Source: Proteobacteria bacterium SG_bin5
GTDB lineage: Bacteria > Pseudomonadota > Alphaproteobacteria > Sphingomonadales > Sphingomonadaceae
DNA length: 64,000 nt
Assembly (NCBI GenBank): GCA_002083475.1
Contig: LWDI01000045.1
Coordinates: forward strand, 10,908-74,907
Direction: 5' to 3'
Under the pieces are notes generated by a model that had not been told where the DNA came from, made no database searches, and worked only from the letters and a program-made list of their open reading frames with translations. Positions 22,532 through 37,351 of the stretch are shown here, in pieces; the stretch's first letter is position 1, and each line of letters starts with the position of its first letter. A program made the position numbers and the translations under genes.

Positions 22532-23953
22532 TCACTCGTCGTCGGAGACGAGATTGCCGAGCCCATGGCGGTGGAGCTTGGAATAAAGGCTCTGCCGGCT
22601 CACCCCCAGCACCTCGGCGGCCGAGGCGCGATTGTCGGAGGTATAAGCGAGCGCCGCTTCGATGCAGAGCCGCTCGATCAGATCGGTCGATTCGCGCACG
22701 ATTTCCTTGAGCGACATGCGCCCGACGAGCTCGGTGAGCTGTTCGACCGAGCGCGGCAATTGCTTGTCGCCCGGCGGCGGCAAGTCGCGCAGCCGGCGCC
22801 CGACCGCGCGAATGGTGAAGCCGAAGCAATCGCCCTCGGGCGAGGGCGCGGCGACGCCCGAAATCTCGATCTCCTCCTGCCCGCCATCGACCCCGCGCAG
22901 CACCGAGGCGACGTTGCGCACCGTGCCATGATCGCGCAATTGCCCCGCAATCAGTTCGACATCGACTCCGGGCCGCCCGACCCAGGCATCGAGCCGCGCG
23001 CCGATCGCGCGATCGATCGTCGGCAATTGCACGAGTTCGAGGAAAGCCGCGTTGGCGGTGCGCACCACCAGCTGGCGATCGGTGACGACGAAGGCATCGG
23101 GCATGCGCTCGATCACATCGCCCCAGCCCTCGCCGCCGCTCGCGCCCGGCGTCTCCTCGGCGGGGGCGAGGCGCACGAGCAGCAGTGCCGCGCGTGCCTG
23201 GCGGAACAGCCGCGCCGCTACGCGCACCAGCGCGCCGCCGCGCAGCTTGATCCCGAGCGGCGGCACCTCGTCCGACGCCTCGACCGCGCCGAGATGCGCG
23301 ACCAGCGCCTCGCGCTCCTCGGGATCGACGATCGAGGACACCGGCTGATCGACCAGCGCGCCGGGCTTGGCCGCCAGCGCGCGCGTCGCCGCGCTGTTCG
23401 CCTCGCGGATGCGGCGGGTGGCGGCATCGACGATCAGCACCGGCTCGCTCGCCATGTCGAACAACAAGCGATAGCGCGCCTCGGCCTGGCGCAGGCGCAG
23501 ATAATCGCGCTCGAGCGATTGCTGCGCCTGGAGCAAGCGCTGCTGCAGCGCCGCCGCCTCGCGCAAGTCGCGCCCGATCGCGGCGAAACGGCCGTCGCTG
23601 AGCGCCACGATCAGATAGCGCACGGGGAGTTCGCCGATCACGGTCGCGTGCGTCACTTGCCGCCAGCGCGCGGGAACGCCGAGCGCGGCCTCGCTCAACA
23701 TCTCGACGATCTTGCCGCGCCCCTCGATCGTCACGGTTTCGATGAAGGGCTGGCCGATCGCGGCGTGAAAGCCATAGCCGGTCAACTGCGGGTCGCCGAT
23801 CGCGAGATCGGTGATCCGCCCGTCGCCGTCGAGCACGAACGTAAGATCGCCCACCGCCGCGAGCAGCGCGGCGACGGCGCCGCTATCGAGCGCGCCGAGT
23901 GCCGCCGCATCGCGAAAGGCGCGCGCCTCGATCGAGAGTTCAGCCCTATTCAC
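22532..23953 (-). CDS. ppsR: Photosynthesis repressor PpsR (start uncertain)
   Basis: PAS domains, Q-linker LQQRLLQAQQSLERDYLRLRQAEARYR, C-terminal Fis-HTH IERLCIEAAL..NRASAAEVLGVSRQSLYSKL. Confidence 0.95.
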   Translation of the reverse strand: MNRAELSIEARAFRDAAALGALDSGAVAALLAAVGDLTFVLDGDGRITDLAIGDPQLTGYGFHAAIGQPFIETVTIEGRGKIVEMLSEAALGVPARWRQVTHATVIGELPVRYLIVALSDGRFAAIGRDLREAAALQQRLLQAQQSLERDYLRLRQAEARYRLLFDMASEPVLIVDAATRRIREANSAATRALAAKPGALVDQPVSSIVDPEEREALVAHLGAVEASDEVPPLGIKLRGGALVRVAARLFRQARAALLLVRLAPAEETPGASGGEGWGDVIERMPDAFVVTDRQLVVRTANAAFLELVQLPTIDRAIGARLDAWVGRPGVDVELIAGQLRDHGTVRNVASVLRGVDGGQEEIEISGVAAPSPEGDCFGFTIRAVGRRLRDLPPPGDKQLPRSVEQLTELVGRMSLKEIVRESTDLIERLCIEAALAYTSDNRASAAEVLGVSRQSLYSKLHRHGLGNLVSDDE

Positions 23954-24002
23954 GTGGCAAAAAGCCCTTTGCAAGCGTGGGGACGCCGTTACGCCTTACC
24001 GG

Positions 24003-24917
24003 TCAGGCGGCGGTGAGCGCGCCCCTGGCCCGCGCCGCGACCAACCGGCTCGCGAGCGCAACCGCTTGCCGCGCATCGGCTGCGGTCCCATCGGCCCCAA
24101 CCTCGGCGGCGCGTTCGGGTTCATCGACGAACACGCGACCGCCTACCATCACGCACAGCCGCGGGTTGCACGCCACGTTGCGCAGCGCCGTGATCAACGC
24201 GGGACGCGCGCGCATATGGCAGTCGCAACTCACCGTCAATCCGACGAGATCGAACGGCGTGCTCGCCAACCGGGCGAGCAATTCGGGAGTGGTCGACTCG
24301 GTGAGCCTCTCGGTCAGCCAGCCGTCGCGGGTGAAGATCTCGTCCATCACCACCGCGCCGAAGCTATGCTGATCGCCGGGCATCGGCGCGAACAAGGCGC
24401 GGCGCCCGGCGGGCGCGGCCTCGGCGATCGGCACGCGCGCGGCGAGTTCGTGCACCACTTCCTGCAACCGCCATAGCGCCATGGTGACGTCGATGAAGTC
24501 GCAATAATCCTCGTTCCAAAATTCGCCGAGCCGGCGCGCGGTGGGCGCGAGCAGATCGATCAACACCGCCTCGGCGCCGATGCCGCGCGCGACCAGCGCG
24601 TCGATATAATCGAGCAGCACATCCGCCTCGGCGGTGAGCACCAGGCTGGTGAAGCTTTCCACCTCGCCGCGCAGGATCGCGGGCGCCTTGACGCTCGGCG
24701 CGATTTGCGAGTCGCGCGGGTGCGCCGCGACCAGCCGCGGGATGATTTCGCGCTCGACGACCGCCGAGAGCGATCCCTTGCTCGGCGCCGCCGTGACCGG
24801 CTCCGACCTGTTTTCCCGCGGATCGCCGTCAGCGCGAAACCGCCATGCGGCGCGCCCCGCGCCCTTCCGCCCGGCGAGGCCGGCGAAGGGACGTCCGAAG
24901 GAAAACAACGAAGCCAT
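24003..24917 (-). CDS. ppaA: Cobalamin-binding antirepressor PpaA/AerR
   Basis: EIIPRL, LLAPTARRLGEFW.EDYCDFIDVT, PGDQHSFG, VMVGG; AGGAGAG RBS; upstream of ppsR. Confidence 0.9.
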   Translation of the reverse strand: MASLFSFGRPFAGLAGRKGAGRAAWRFRADGDPRENRSEPVTAAPSKGSLSAVVEREIIPRLVAAHPRDSQIAPSVKAPAILRGEVESFTSLVLTAEADVLLDYIDALVARGIGAEAVLIDLLAPTARRLGEFWNEDYCDFIDVTMALWRLQEVVHELAARVPIAEAAPAGRRALFAPMPGDQHSFGAVVMDEIFTRDGWLTERLTESTTPELLARLASTPFDLVGLTVSCDCHMRARPALITALRNVACNPRLCVMVGGRVFVDEPERAAEVGADGTAADARQAVALASRLVAARARGALTAA

Positions 24918-25061
24918 GGCTGGCTCTCCTGCCCCGGCGGTATCGACGCTCAAGCTCACGCGTCACGCGATTGGCATGGTCGAGTCCCACGCCGGGATAC
25001 CCGAAAAGCTACGGCCTTTACGGCCACGTGACAATAGCCTTGTCGCACAATCGATCACAAA

Positions 25062-25119
25062 CGTCCAGACGCTTTGACGTAAATTGGAATTGACACCGTT
25101 CCATCGTCGCGCTTAGTCT
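25062..25119 (+). promoter_or_regulatory. bchF operon promoter with variant PpsR sites
   Basis: CGT-N12-ACG (25062-25079) and CGT-N12-ACA (25078-25095); the second contains TTGACA (-35); TAGTCT (-10) at 25114-25119. Confidence 0.6.
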
Positions 25120-25130
25120 TTGTCGCCTAG

Positions 25131-26936
<1,806 letters not shown>

Positions 26937-27000
26937 GCGGCGCCTTGCTCTCGACCGCGATGGGCGCGCTCGCGCGATCGAGCGGCCGCCAGCTCGAATG

Positions 27001-27070
27001 GATCCCCGCCTTCGCGGGGATGACGCTGAGAGCTTCGGCAAAGGCCGTCATTCCCGCGAAAGCGGGAATC
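27001..27070. repeat. Palindromic element, family E (WIPAFAGMT/VIPAKAGI type), between bchN and bchB
   Basis: gatccccgccttcgcggggatgacg...cgtcattcccgcgaaagcgggaatc inverted pair. Confidence 0.85.
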
Positions 27071-27114
27071 TATTCTGGCTGGCCTCTCCATGACGCCCTT
27101 ACGGGAGCCTCCCC

Positions 27115-28641
27115 ATGCAGCTGACGGTCTGGACCTATGAAGGCCCGCCGCATGTCGGCGCGATGCGGATCGCGACCGCGATGGAGGGGGTGCATTACGT
27201 CCTCCACGCGCCGCAGGGCGATACTTACGCCGATCTGCTGTTCACGATGATCGAGCGCTCGCGGCGGCGCCCGCCGGTCACTTACACCACCTTCCAGGCG
27301 CGCGATCTGGGCAAGGATACCGCCGAGCTGTTCCAGCAGGCCGCGCGCGACGCGCATGCGCGTTTCGCCCCGCAGGCGATGATCGTCGGCAGCAGCTGCA
27401 CCGCCGAGTTGATCCAAGACGATCCCGCCGGGCTCGCCGCGGCGCTCGATCTGCCCTGCCCGGTCATCCCGCTCGAACTGCCGAGCTATAGCCGCAAGGA
27501 GAATTGGGGCGCGGGCGAGACTTTTTACCAGATCGTCCGGCACCTCGCCGACAAGGACGTGACGCCCCCGCCGCGCGAGGGGCGCCGGCCGCGCGCGAAC
27601 CTGCTTGGCCCCACCGCGCTCGGCTTCCGCCACCGCGACGACGTGACCGAAGTCACCAAGCTGCTCGACGCGATGGGGATCGACGTTCATCTCGTCGCCC
27701 CGCGCGGCGCCACCCCCGCCGACATCGCGACGATCGGCGCGGCTGATTTCAACATTCTGCTTTACCCCGAGATCGGCGACACCGCCGCGCGCTGGCTCGA
27801 GCGCGGCTTCGGCCAGAAAACCGTGCGCACCGTGCCGATCGGCGAGGGCGCGACGCGCGACTTCATCGCCGAAGTGGCGGCGCTCGCCGGGGTCGACCCC
27901 GCCCCCGCGCTTCCCAGCAACCTGCCCTGGTGGAGCCGATCGGTCGATTCGACCTATCTCACGGGCAAGCGCGTCTTCATCTTCGGCGACGCGACTCATG
28001 CGATCGCCGCCGCCCGCGTCGCGCGCGACGAGCTGGGGTTCGAAGTGGTGGGCCTGGGCTGCTACAACCGCGAATTCGCCCGCGAGATCAAGGCCGCGGC
28101 ACGGTCGCACGGCCTCGCCCCGCTCATCACCGACGATTATCTCGCGGTCGAGCGCGCGATCCAGGAGGCGCAGCCCGAACTGGTGCTCGGCACGCAGATG
28201 GAGCGCCACATCGCCAAAAGGCTGCGCATTCCCTGCGCGGTGATCTCGGCGCCGGTCCATGTCCAGGATTTCCCCGCGCGCTATTCGCCGCAAATGGGGT
28301 TCGAGGGCGCGAACGTGCTGTTCGACAGCTGGGTCCATCCGCTGGTGATGGGGCTGGAGGAACATCTGCTGACGATGTTCCGCGACGATTTCGAATTTTC
28401 GGACGACGCGGGCGCCAGCCATTTGGGCGCGCACGCCGCCGCCCCCGCCGCGCCCGAGCCGGACCCCGCGCCGTGCGACGCCACCCATTGGGCGCCCGAG
28501 GCCGAGCAGGAACTTCGCAAGATCCCCTTCTTCGTGCGCGGCAAGGCGCGGCGCAATACCGAGGCTTTCGCCGCCGAGCGCGGCATCGCCCGGATCACGC
28601 TCGACACGCTCTACGAGGCGAAGGCGCACCATGCTCGCTAG
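27115..28641 (+). CDS. bchB: Dark-operative protochlorophyllide reductase subunit B
   Basis: [39 protein letters not shown]-terminal PCP-red domain ([15 protein letters not shown]). Confidence 0.97.
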   Translation: MQLTVWTYEGPPHVGAMRIATAMEGVHYVLHAPQGDTYADLLFTMIERSRRRPPVTYTTFQARDLGKDTAELFQQAARDAHARFAPQAMIVGSSCTAELIQDDPAGLAAALDLPCPVIPLELPSYSRKENWGAGETFYQIVRHLADKDVTPPPREGRRPRANLLGPTALGFRHRDDVTEVTKLLDAMGIDVHLVAPRGATPADIATIGAADFNILLYPEIGDTAARWLERGFGQKTVRTVPIGEGATRDFIAEVAALAGVDPAPALPSNLPWWSRSVDSTYLTGKRVFIFGDATHAIAAARVARDELGFEVVGLGCYNREFAREIKAAARSHGLAPLITDDYLAVERAIQEAQPELVLGTQMERHIAKRLRIPCAVISAPVHVQDFPARYSPQMGFEGANVLFDSWVHPLVMGLEEHLLTMFRDDFEFSDDAGASHLGAHAAAPAAPEPDPAPCDATHWAPEAEQELRKIPFFVRGKARRNTEAFAAERGIARITLDTLYEAKAHHAR

Positions 28642-31600
28642 CGCCCCCTATCGCGTCGTGATCGTCACGCTCGACAACCACCTCGCCGGGGCGGTCGAGC
28701 GCGCGCGGGCGAGCCTTGCCGGCCAGGGTATCAGCGTCGGCTTCCACGCGGCGAGCGATTGGGAGCGGGTCGATGGCGCGCTGGAGGCGGCGCGCGCGGA
28801 TATCGCCCAGGCCGACATCATCATCGCGACGATGCTGTTCCTCGACGATCATATCCGCGCGGTCCTTCCCGCTTTCCAGGCGCGGCGCGAGGCATGCGAC
28901 GCCTTCGTCGGGCTGATGTCGGGCGCGGAAGTGGTGCGGCTCACCCGGCTCGGCGGCTATCGGATGGACGCGCCGGCGAAAGGCCCGCTCGCCTTGCTCA
29001 AGAAGCTGCGCGGCTCGGCCAAGCCCGGCGCTTCCTCGGGCGCGGGGCAGATGAAGATGCTGCGGCGGCTGCCCAAATTGCTGCGCTTCATCCCCGGCAC
29101 CGCGCAGGACGTGCGCGCTTATTTCCTGACGCTGCAATATTGGCTCGCGGGATCGGACGACAATGTGCTCGCGATGATCCGCGCGTTGGTCGATCGTTAT
29201 GCGCGCGGCTCGCTCAAGGGCGCCTGCCGCGCCGAGCCGCCGCGCGATTATCCCGAAGTCGGCGTCTATCACCCCGCCTGGTCCGATCGCCTGCGCGAAA
29301 GCGCCGCCGCCCTCCCCGCGCCCGCGGCGCCCAAGGGCCGAGTCGGGCTGTTGCTGCTGCGCTCCTATCTGCTCGCGCGCGATACCGCGCATTATGACGG
29401 GGTGATCGCCGCCTTGGAGGCGCGCGGCCTGGCGGTCGTGCCCGCCTTCGCGAGCGGGCTCGACGCGCGCCCGGCGATCGAGCGCTTCTTCGTCGCGAAC
29501 GGGCGCGCGAGCGTCGATGCGATCGTGTCCTTGACCGGCTTCTCGTTGGTCGGCGGGCCCGCCTATAACGACGCGCGCGCCGCCGAGGACATCCTCGCAC
29601 GGCTCGACCTGCCCTATGTCGCGGCGCATCCGATCGAGTTTCAAACGCTCGAACAATGGGGCCGGGGCGAAGCCGGGCTGCTCCCGCTCGAAGCGACGAT
29701 GATGGTCGCGATCCCCGAGCTCGATGGGGCGATCCAGCCCGGCGTGTTCGGCGGGCGCAGCGACGGCGCCGGCGAAGCGTGCCAGGGGTGCGCCAAGGGC
29801 TGCGTCCACCCCGCCGGGGGCGTCGCGCGGGCGATGCGCGGCTGCCCCGAGCGCGCCGAGGCGCTCGCCGCGCGGGTCGCGGGGCTGGTCGATCTGCGCC
29901 GCGCCGAACGCGCCGCGCTCAAGCTTGCGATCGTGCTCTTCAACTTCCCGCCCAATGCCGGCGCCGCCGGGACGGCGGCGCATCTTGCGGTGTGGGAATC
30001 GCTCCACGCGACGCTCCACCGGCTCGCCGCCGAGGGCTATGCGCTCAACCCGCCCGCCTCGGTCGAAACGCTGCGCGAGGCCGTGCTCGAAGGCAATGCC
30101 GCGCGTTACGGCGCCGACGCCAATGTCGCCGCGCGCGTCAGCGCCGACGAGCATGTTCGTCGCGAGCGCCATTTGAAGGCGATCGAGGCCGCTTGGGGTC
30201 CCGCCCCCGGCAAGCAACAGGCCGATGGCGGATCGATCCAGATCCTGGGCGCCCGCTTCGGCAACGTCTTCGTCGGGCTGCAACCCTCGATGGGCTATGA
30301 GGGCGATCCGATGCGGCTGTTGTTCGAGCGCCGCTTCGCCCCCACCCATGCGTTCAGCGCCTTCTATCGCTGGATCGCCGAGGACTTCGGCGCGAGCGCG
30401 GTGCTTCATTTCGGGACGCATGGCGCGCTCGAATTCATGCCCGGCAAGCAAGCGGGGCTTTCGGGCGATTGCTGGCCCGAACGGCTGATCGGCGCGCTCC
30501 CCAATTTCTACCTCTATGCCGCGAACAACCCGAGCGAGGGGCTGCTCGCCAAACGCCGCTCGGGCGCGACGCTGATCAGCTATCTGACCCCGCCGCTCGC
30601 GCAGAGCGGGCTCTACAAGGGCCTCGCCGAGCTCAAAGGGCTGATCGAGCGCTGGCGCGGCTCGCCCGACGCCACCGAGCGCGCCAAGCTCGAACCGCTG
30701 ATCGCCGAGCGCGCCGCCGCGATCGATCTGGAGGGTGACATCCAAAGCCTCGCCGGGCGGCTCTATGAGGTGGAGCGCGAGCTGATCCCGCACGGGCTGC
30801 ACATCCTTGGCGAAGCGCCCGCGCCCGAGGTTCGCGCCGGCTGGGTCGAAACGATCGCCGCCGCGAGCCCCGAGGTCGACGCCGCCGCGATCGACCAGGC
30901 GCTCGCCCGCAATGACGAACTGGGGGCGCTGGTCCATGCGCTCGACGGCGGCTTCGTCCGCCCCGCGCCCGGCGGCGATCTCGTCCGCAACCCGGCGGTG
31001 CTGCCGACGGGGCGTAATCTCCACGGCTTCGACCCGTTCCGCATCCCCAGCGCCTTCGCGCTCGCCGAGGGGGCCGCCCAGGCCGAGGCGCTGCTCGCGC
31101 GCCACCAAGCGGCGAGCGGGACGCTGCCCAAGAGCCTCGCCATGGTGCTCTGGGGCACCGACAATCTGAAGAGCGACGGCGCGCAAATCGCCCAGGCGCT
31201 CGCGCTGATCGGCGCGCGGCCGCGCTATGACGGCTATGGCCGGCTCGCGGGCGCCGAGTTGGTGCCGCTCGCCGAACTCGGCCGGCCGCGGATCGACGTG
31301 CTGGTGACGCTTTCGGGCATTTTCCGCGACCTGCTCCCCCTTCAGACGCGGATGCTCGCCGAGGCCGCCTTGCTCGCCGCCCAGGCCGATGAGCCGCTCG
31401 ACCGCAATTTCGTGCGCGCGCACGCGCTTGCTTATCAGGCGGCGCAGGGCTGCGATCTGGAGACCGCCGCGCTTCGTGTCTTCTCGAACGCGCAAGGGGC
31501 CTATGGCGCGAACGTCAATCTCCTGATCGAGAACGGCGCCTGGGCCGACCCCGACGAACTCGCCGAAGTCTTCGAGCGGCAAAAGGGTTTCGCTTATGGC

Positions 31601-32203
31601 GTGCGCGGCGCGCCCGAGCGGCGGCCCGAATTGCTCAAGGCCGCGCTCGCCGATGTCGAGCTGGCCTATCAGAATCTCGACTCGGTCGAACTCGGCGTCA
31701 CCGACATCGATCAATATGTCGACGCGCTGGGCGGCATCAGCCGCTCGGTCGCGCGCGCGCGCGGCGCCGAGCCGCCGGTTTATATTCTCGACGCGACGCA
31801 AGGGTCCGCCAAGGTCCGCACGCTCGGCGAGCAAGTCGCGCTCGAGACGCGGACGCGCCTGCTCAACCCCGTGTGGCACGAAGGCATGCTCAAGCACGGC
31901 GCCGAGGGCGTCCGCGCGATCGAGGCGCATATGACCGCGACGATGGGCTGGAGCGCGACCACCGGCGACGTCGCCCCCTGGGTCTATGCCCGCGCGGCCG
32001 AAACCTTCGTACTCGATCCCACGATGCGCGATCGGCTCGCCGCGCTCAATCCCAAGGCGGCCGCGCGGCTCGCCCAGCGGCTGCTGGAGGCGAACGACCG
32101 CGCCTATTGGCAGCCCGACCCCGATACCCTGGCGGCTTTGCAGAACGCGGCCGACGATCTTGAAGACGCGCTCGAGGGGATCACCCCCGCGGCCGCGGCA
32201 TGA
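28631..32203 (+). CDS. bchH: Magnesium chelatase subunit H
   Basis: [60 protein letters not shown]. Confidence 0.97.
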   Translation: MLASAPYRVVIVTLDNHLAGAVERARASLAGQGISVGFHAASDWERVDGALEAARADIAQADIIIATMLFLDDHIRAVLPAFQARREACDAFVGLMSGAEVVRLTRLGGYRMDAPAKGPLALLKKLRGSAKPGASSGAGQMKMLRRLPKLLRFIPGTAQDVRAYFLTLQYWLAGSDDNVLAMIRALVDRYARGSLKGACRAEPPRDYPEVGVYHPAWSDRLRESAAALPAPAAPKGRVGLLLLRSYLLARDTAHYDGVIAALEARGLAVVPAFASGLDARPAIERFFVANGRASVDAIVSLTGFSLVGGPAYNDARAAEDILARLDLPYVAAHPIEFQTLEQWGRGEAGLLPLEATMMVAIPELDGAIQPGVFGGRSDGAGEACQGCAKGCVHPAGGVARAMRGCPERAEALAARVAGLVDLRRAERAALKLAIVLFNFPPNAGAAGTAAHLAVWESLHATLHRLAAEGYALNPPASVETLREAVLEGNAARYGADANVAARVSADEHVRRERHLKAIEAAWGPAPGKQQADGGSIQILGARFGNVFVGLQPSMGYEGDPMRLLFERRFAPTHAFSAFYRWIAEDFGASAVLHFGTHGALEFMPGKQAGLSGDCWPERLIGALPNFYLYAANNPSEGLLAKRRSGATLISYLTPPLAQSGLYKGLAELKGLIERWRGSPDATERAKLEPLIAERAAAIDLEGDIQSLAGRLYEVERELIPHGLHILGEAPAPEVRAGWVETIAAASPEVDAAAIDQALARNDELGALVHALDGGFVRPAPGGDLVRNPAVLPTGRNLHGFDPFRIPSAFALAEGAAQAEALLARHQAASGTLPKSLAMVLWGTDNLKSDGAQIAQALALIGARPRYDGYGRLAGAELVPLAELGRPRIDVLVTLSGIFRDLLPLQTRMLAEAALLAAQADEPLDRNFVRAHALAYQAAQGCDLETAALRVFSNAQGAYGANVNLLIENGAWADPDELAEVFERQKGFAYGVRGAPERRPELLKAALADVELAYQNLDSVELGVTDIDQYVDALGGISRSVARARGAEPPVYILDATQGSAKVRTLGEQVALETRTRLLNPVWHEGMLKHGAEGVRAIEAHMTATMGWSATTGDVAPWVYARAAETFVLDPTMRDRLAALNPKAAARLAQRLLEANDRAYWQPDPDTLAALQNAADDLEDALEGITPAAAA

Positions 32204-32210
32204 GGAGTAA

Positions 32211-33762
<1,552 letters not shown>

Positions 33763-33766
<4 letters not shown>

Positions 33767-35193
33767 CCGGGCTCTGGCTCCGCCTCGGCACCAAATTCCT
33801 CCCCTTCGCGGATGCCGCGAGCGACGATCTGCCGCTGCCTCGCTTGCTGCGCCTGTCGCTGTTCCAAGTGGCGATCGGGCTCGCTTTCGTGCTGATCAAC
33901 TTCACGCTCAACCGAGTGATGATCGTCGAGATCGGCGTGCCCGCGAGCCTCGTCGCGGTGCTGGTCGCGCTGCCGTTGCTGTTCGCGCCGGCGCGCGCGC
34001 TGATCGGCTATAAGTCCGACAATCACGTCTCGATCCTCGGCTGGCGGCGCGTGCCCTATATCTGGTTCGGCGCGCTGATGCAGTTCGGCGGGCTCGCGAT
34101 CATGCCCTTCGCGCTGCTGCTGATGACCGGGCGCGGCGAGCTCGCGGGCGCTTGGGCGGGCGTGATCGGCGCGAGCATCGCTTTCCTGCTGGTCGGCGCG
34201 GGCATGGCGACCGCGCAGACGGCGGGGCTCGCGCTCGCGACCGATCTCTCGCCGCCCGACAAACGCCCGCGCGTCGTGGCTTTGCTGCAAGTGATGCTGC
34301 TCTGCGGCATGGTGATCGCCTCGCTGTTGTTCGGGCGGCTGCTCGGCGATTTCGATCCCACCCGGCTGGTGCAAGTGATCCAGGGCACCGCCGCCGTCTC
34401 GATGCTGCTGAACGTGATCGCGCTGTGGAAGCAGGAGGCGCGCGTCGCGGGCGGGCGCGGGCGCGCGAGCGTCGACACGGTCGATTTCACTGGGCGCTGG
34501 CGCGAGCTGGTCGCGGTGCCGCGCGTGCGCCGGTTGCTCGTCGCGATCGGGCTCGGCGCGGCGGGGTTCACGATGCAGGATATTTTGCTCGAACCCTATG
34601 GCGGGCATGTGCTGGGGCTGAACGTGGGGGCGACGACCGCGCTTTCGGCGCTCTGGTCGCTCGGGATGATCGGCGGCTTCGCGCTCGCCGCGCGCGCGCT
34701 CGGGCGGGACGCGGTGCCGACCGCGCTCGCCGGCTGGGGGATGGTGATCGGCATCGCCGGCTTCGCGGTGATCGTCATGTCCGCTCCGCTCCATTCGGTG
34801 GCGATGCTGTGCCTGGGCGCGGGGGCGATCGGGTTCGGGGGTGGGCTGTTCGCGGTGTGCACCTTGCTCGCGATGATGAACCTCGCCAGCCCCGGCCAAG
34901 CCGGGCTCGCGCTCGGCGCCTGGGGCGCGGTGCAGGCGAGCGCGGGCGGGATCGCGATCTTCGTCTCGGGCGCCTTGCGCGACGGTTTCGGCGCGCTCGC
35001 CATGGCCGGGCGCTTCGGCCCCGGGCTCGTCGATCCGGCGAGCGGCTATAGTTTCGTCTGGCATTTGGAGATCGCGCTGCTGTTCGCCGGTCTCGTCGCG
35101 ATAGGTCCGCTGGCGCGGCGGATCGACCTTACCCCCCGCGCTCTGTCCCCGCGTCCGGTGCCCGCCGCTTATCCGGCCTTCGAGAAGGACTGA
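33763..35193 (+). CDS. lhaA: LH1 assembly factor LhaA (PucC family)
   Basis: LPFADAAS.DLPLPRLLRLSLFQ, LNRVMIVE, WRRVPYIW, QDILLEPYGG; between bchM and puhA. Confidence 0.93.
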
Positions 35194-35197
35194 TCCG

Positions 35198-35968
35198 ATG
35201 ACTTACCATCTCACCCCCAATATCGACTGGGCGCTGGTCGTCCTCGATGCCTTCTTCATCTTCTTCCTGGGGCTGATCATCTATCTGCGCCGCGAGGATC
35301 GGCGCGAAGGCTATCCGCTCGAGGACAATCTCACCGGCGAGCCGGAAAGCTATGGCAGCGCCTTTCTGATGGCGCCCGCCAAAAGCTTCAAACTGCCTTT
35401 CGGCCACGGCACCGTCACCACCCCGACCAAGGACCGCGAGCCGGTGAACATCGCCGCGCGCCGCACCGATCCCTCGCCCGGCTCGGGCTATGTGCCGACC
35501 GGCAACCCGCTGATCGACGGCATCGGCCCGGCGGCCTATGCCGCGCGCGCCAAACGCCCCGATCTCGATTGGGAGGGCCATCCGCGCGTCGTGCCGCTGT
35601 CGTCGCTCCCCGACTTCTATGTCGATCGCGAGGATGCCGATCCGCGCGGCTATCAAGTGGTCGCCGCCGACGGCCGGGTGGCGGGCGAGGTGACCGATTT
35701 GTGGGTCGATCGCGCCGATCGGCTGGTGCGCTATCTCCAGGTCGCGCTCCCCAGCGGGCGCAGCGTGCTCGCGCCGATGTTCATGGCAAGCGTGCGGCGC
35801 GCGCGGCGCACCGTCACCGTTACCGCGATCACCGCCGCCCAATTCGCCGATGTGCCGGGAATCGAGGGCGACGGCGTGGTGACGATGTACGAGGAAGAAC
35901 GCATCCAGGCCTATTTCGGCGGCGGCTATCTCTATGCCCTGCCCGAGCGAGCGGAGCCGTTTCTGTGA
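35198..35968 (+). CDS. puhA: Reaction centre H subunit
   Basis: One TM helix then YLRREDRREGYPL, PTGNPLIDGIGPA, DPRG PRC-barrel, EEERIQAYFGGGYLYA. Confidence 0.96.
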   Translation: MTYHLTPNIDWALVVLDAFFIFFLGLIIYLRREDRREGYPLEDNLTGEPESYGSAFLMAPAKSFKLPFGHGTVTTPTKDREPVNIAARRTDPSPGSGYVPTGNPLIDGIGPAAYAARAKRPDLDWEGHPRVVPLSSLPDFYVDREDADPRGYQVVAADGRVAGEVTDLWVDRADRLVRYLQVALPSGRSVLAPMFMASVRRARRTVTVTAITAAQFADVPGIEGDGVVTMYEEERIQAYFGGGYLYALPERAEPFL

Positions 35969-36588
35969 TCGAATATGAAATCGAGCCGATCCCCGGCCTG
36001 CCGGGGCGGCTGCCCCCCGGCGAGCGTGTGCTTTGGCAAGGGCAGCCCCGTTTCAGCGTGCTCGCGCGCAGTGCCTTTCACACCGGCGCGGTGGCGGTCT
36101 ATTTCGCGGCGCTGGTCGCGGTGGCGCTGATCGGCGGCGCCCCGACCGGCGCGCTGCTGACGATCCTCGCAGGCGCCGCCGGAGTCGGCCTGCTCTATCT
36201 GCTCGCCTGGGTGTGCGCGCGGACGACGCGCTATACGCTCACCAACAAGCGGCTGGTGCTGCGCATCGGCATGGCGGTGCCCAAATGCATCAACCTGCCG
36301 CTCGCGCAAATCGCCGCGGTCGATTTCCGCGCTCGCGCGGGTGGGACCGGCGATTTGGTGATCCGCCTCGCGCGGCCGCGCGGCATCGGCTATGCGCTGC
36401 TCTGGCCGCACGCGCGCGCCTGGCGCTACAACAACCCCCAGCCGATGCTGCGCGCGGTGCCCGATGCGGCGAAAGTGGGGATGCTCGTCGCGCGCACGGT
36501 GCAGGCGGCGCAGGGCGGCGGGACACTTCAGCCCGTCGCCGCGCCCGACGCGCGGCCGACCCCCAGCGGCGAGGCGGTGGCGGCATGA
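35965..36588 (+). CDS. puhB: Photosynthetic complex assembly protein PuhB
   Basis: EYEIEPIPGLP..LPPGERVLWQG.P, YTLTNKRLVLRIG, LWPHARAW; GTGA overlap. Confidence 0.92.
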   Translation: MIEYEIEPIPGLPGRLPPGERVLWQGQPRFSVLARSAFHTGAVAVYFAALVAVALIGGAPTGALLTILAGAAGVGLLYLLAWVCARTTRYTLTNKRLVLRIGMAVPKCINLPLAQIAAVDFRARAGGTGDLVIRLARPRGIGYALLWPHARAWRYNNPQPMLRAVPDAAKVGMLVARTVQAAQGGGTLQPVAAPDARPTPSGEAVAA

Positions 36589-37061
36589 GCCATGTTCACC
36601 AAAACCCGATCCCCGAAGGCGCGCTGACGCTGATGGGGCTGATCGTCGTCACCGCGCTCGCGATCACCACCGGCGCGCGGGTCTTCCAACTGCCCCCCGC
36701 CGCGCAGCCCGCGGCGCTGCGCGCGGCCGATGGCGGGGCGGTGCGCGTCGCCGAGCGCCAACTGCGCTTCGCCGATCGCGCCGATGGCGCGGTGGTGATC
36801 AGCGACGCGGCGAGCGGACGGCTGGTGAAGCTCGAGGCGCGCAATTCGAACAGCGGCTTCATCCGCGGCGTGCTGCGCGGCTTCGCGCGCGATCGCCGGA
36901 TGCGCGGCATCGGCCCCGCCGCGCCCTTCACGCTCACCTTGTGGCGCGACGGGCAACTCACCTTCACCGATCCCGCCACCGGCCGCTCGGCCGAACTCGG
37001 CGGCTTCGGCGAGACCAACCGCGCCGCTTTCCTGGCGCTGCTCACCGCGAAGGAAGCCTGA
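36585..37061 (+). CDS. puhC: Photosynthetic complex assembly protein PuhC
   Basis: LRFADRADGAV, GFIRGVLRGFARDR, DPATGR..EL.GFG.TN..AF. Confidence 0.9.
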   Translation: MSHVHQNPIPEGALTLMGLIVVTALAITTGARVFQLPPAAQPAALRAADGGAVRVAERQLRFADRADGAVVISDAASGRLVKLEARNSNSGFIRGVLRGFARDRRMRGIGPAAPFTLTLWRDGQLTFTDPATGRSAELGGFGETNRAAFLALLTAKEA

Positions 37062-37351
37062 TGTTCACGCGTAGCCGCTTCGACACCCCCTGCCGGATCG
37101 AGATCGACAATAGCGAGCGCGCCTGCCACGCGCATGTCGAGCTCGCCGGCGATTATCAGGTCCAGCCCGGCGACAAGGTGCGCGTCCATGGCGACCCAAT
37201 CCACGTCCCCTTCGGCGGGCAAGCGGTGATCGAGCGGATCGCGACCGTCGAACGCGCGCATTGGTTCGAGCGCGCTTGGACGCGGCTCGCCGGCCATTTC
37301 GAAATGACCGAACTCTACGAAGTCAGCTTCACCCCCGGGAGGATCGCATGA
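37061..37351 (+). CDS. Conserved PGC hypothetical protein between puhC and acsF
   Basis: PCRIEI...[15 protein letters not shown]...ELYEVSF; coupled to both neighbours. Confidence 0.8.
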   Translation: MFTRSRFDTPCRIEIDNSERACHAHVELAGDYQVQPGDKVRVHGDPIHVPFGGQAVIERIATVERAHWFERAWTRLAGHFEMTELYEVSFTPGRIA

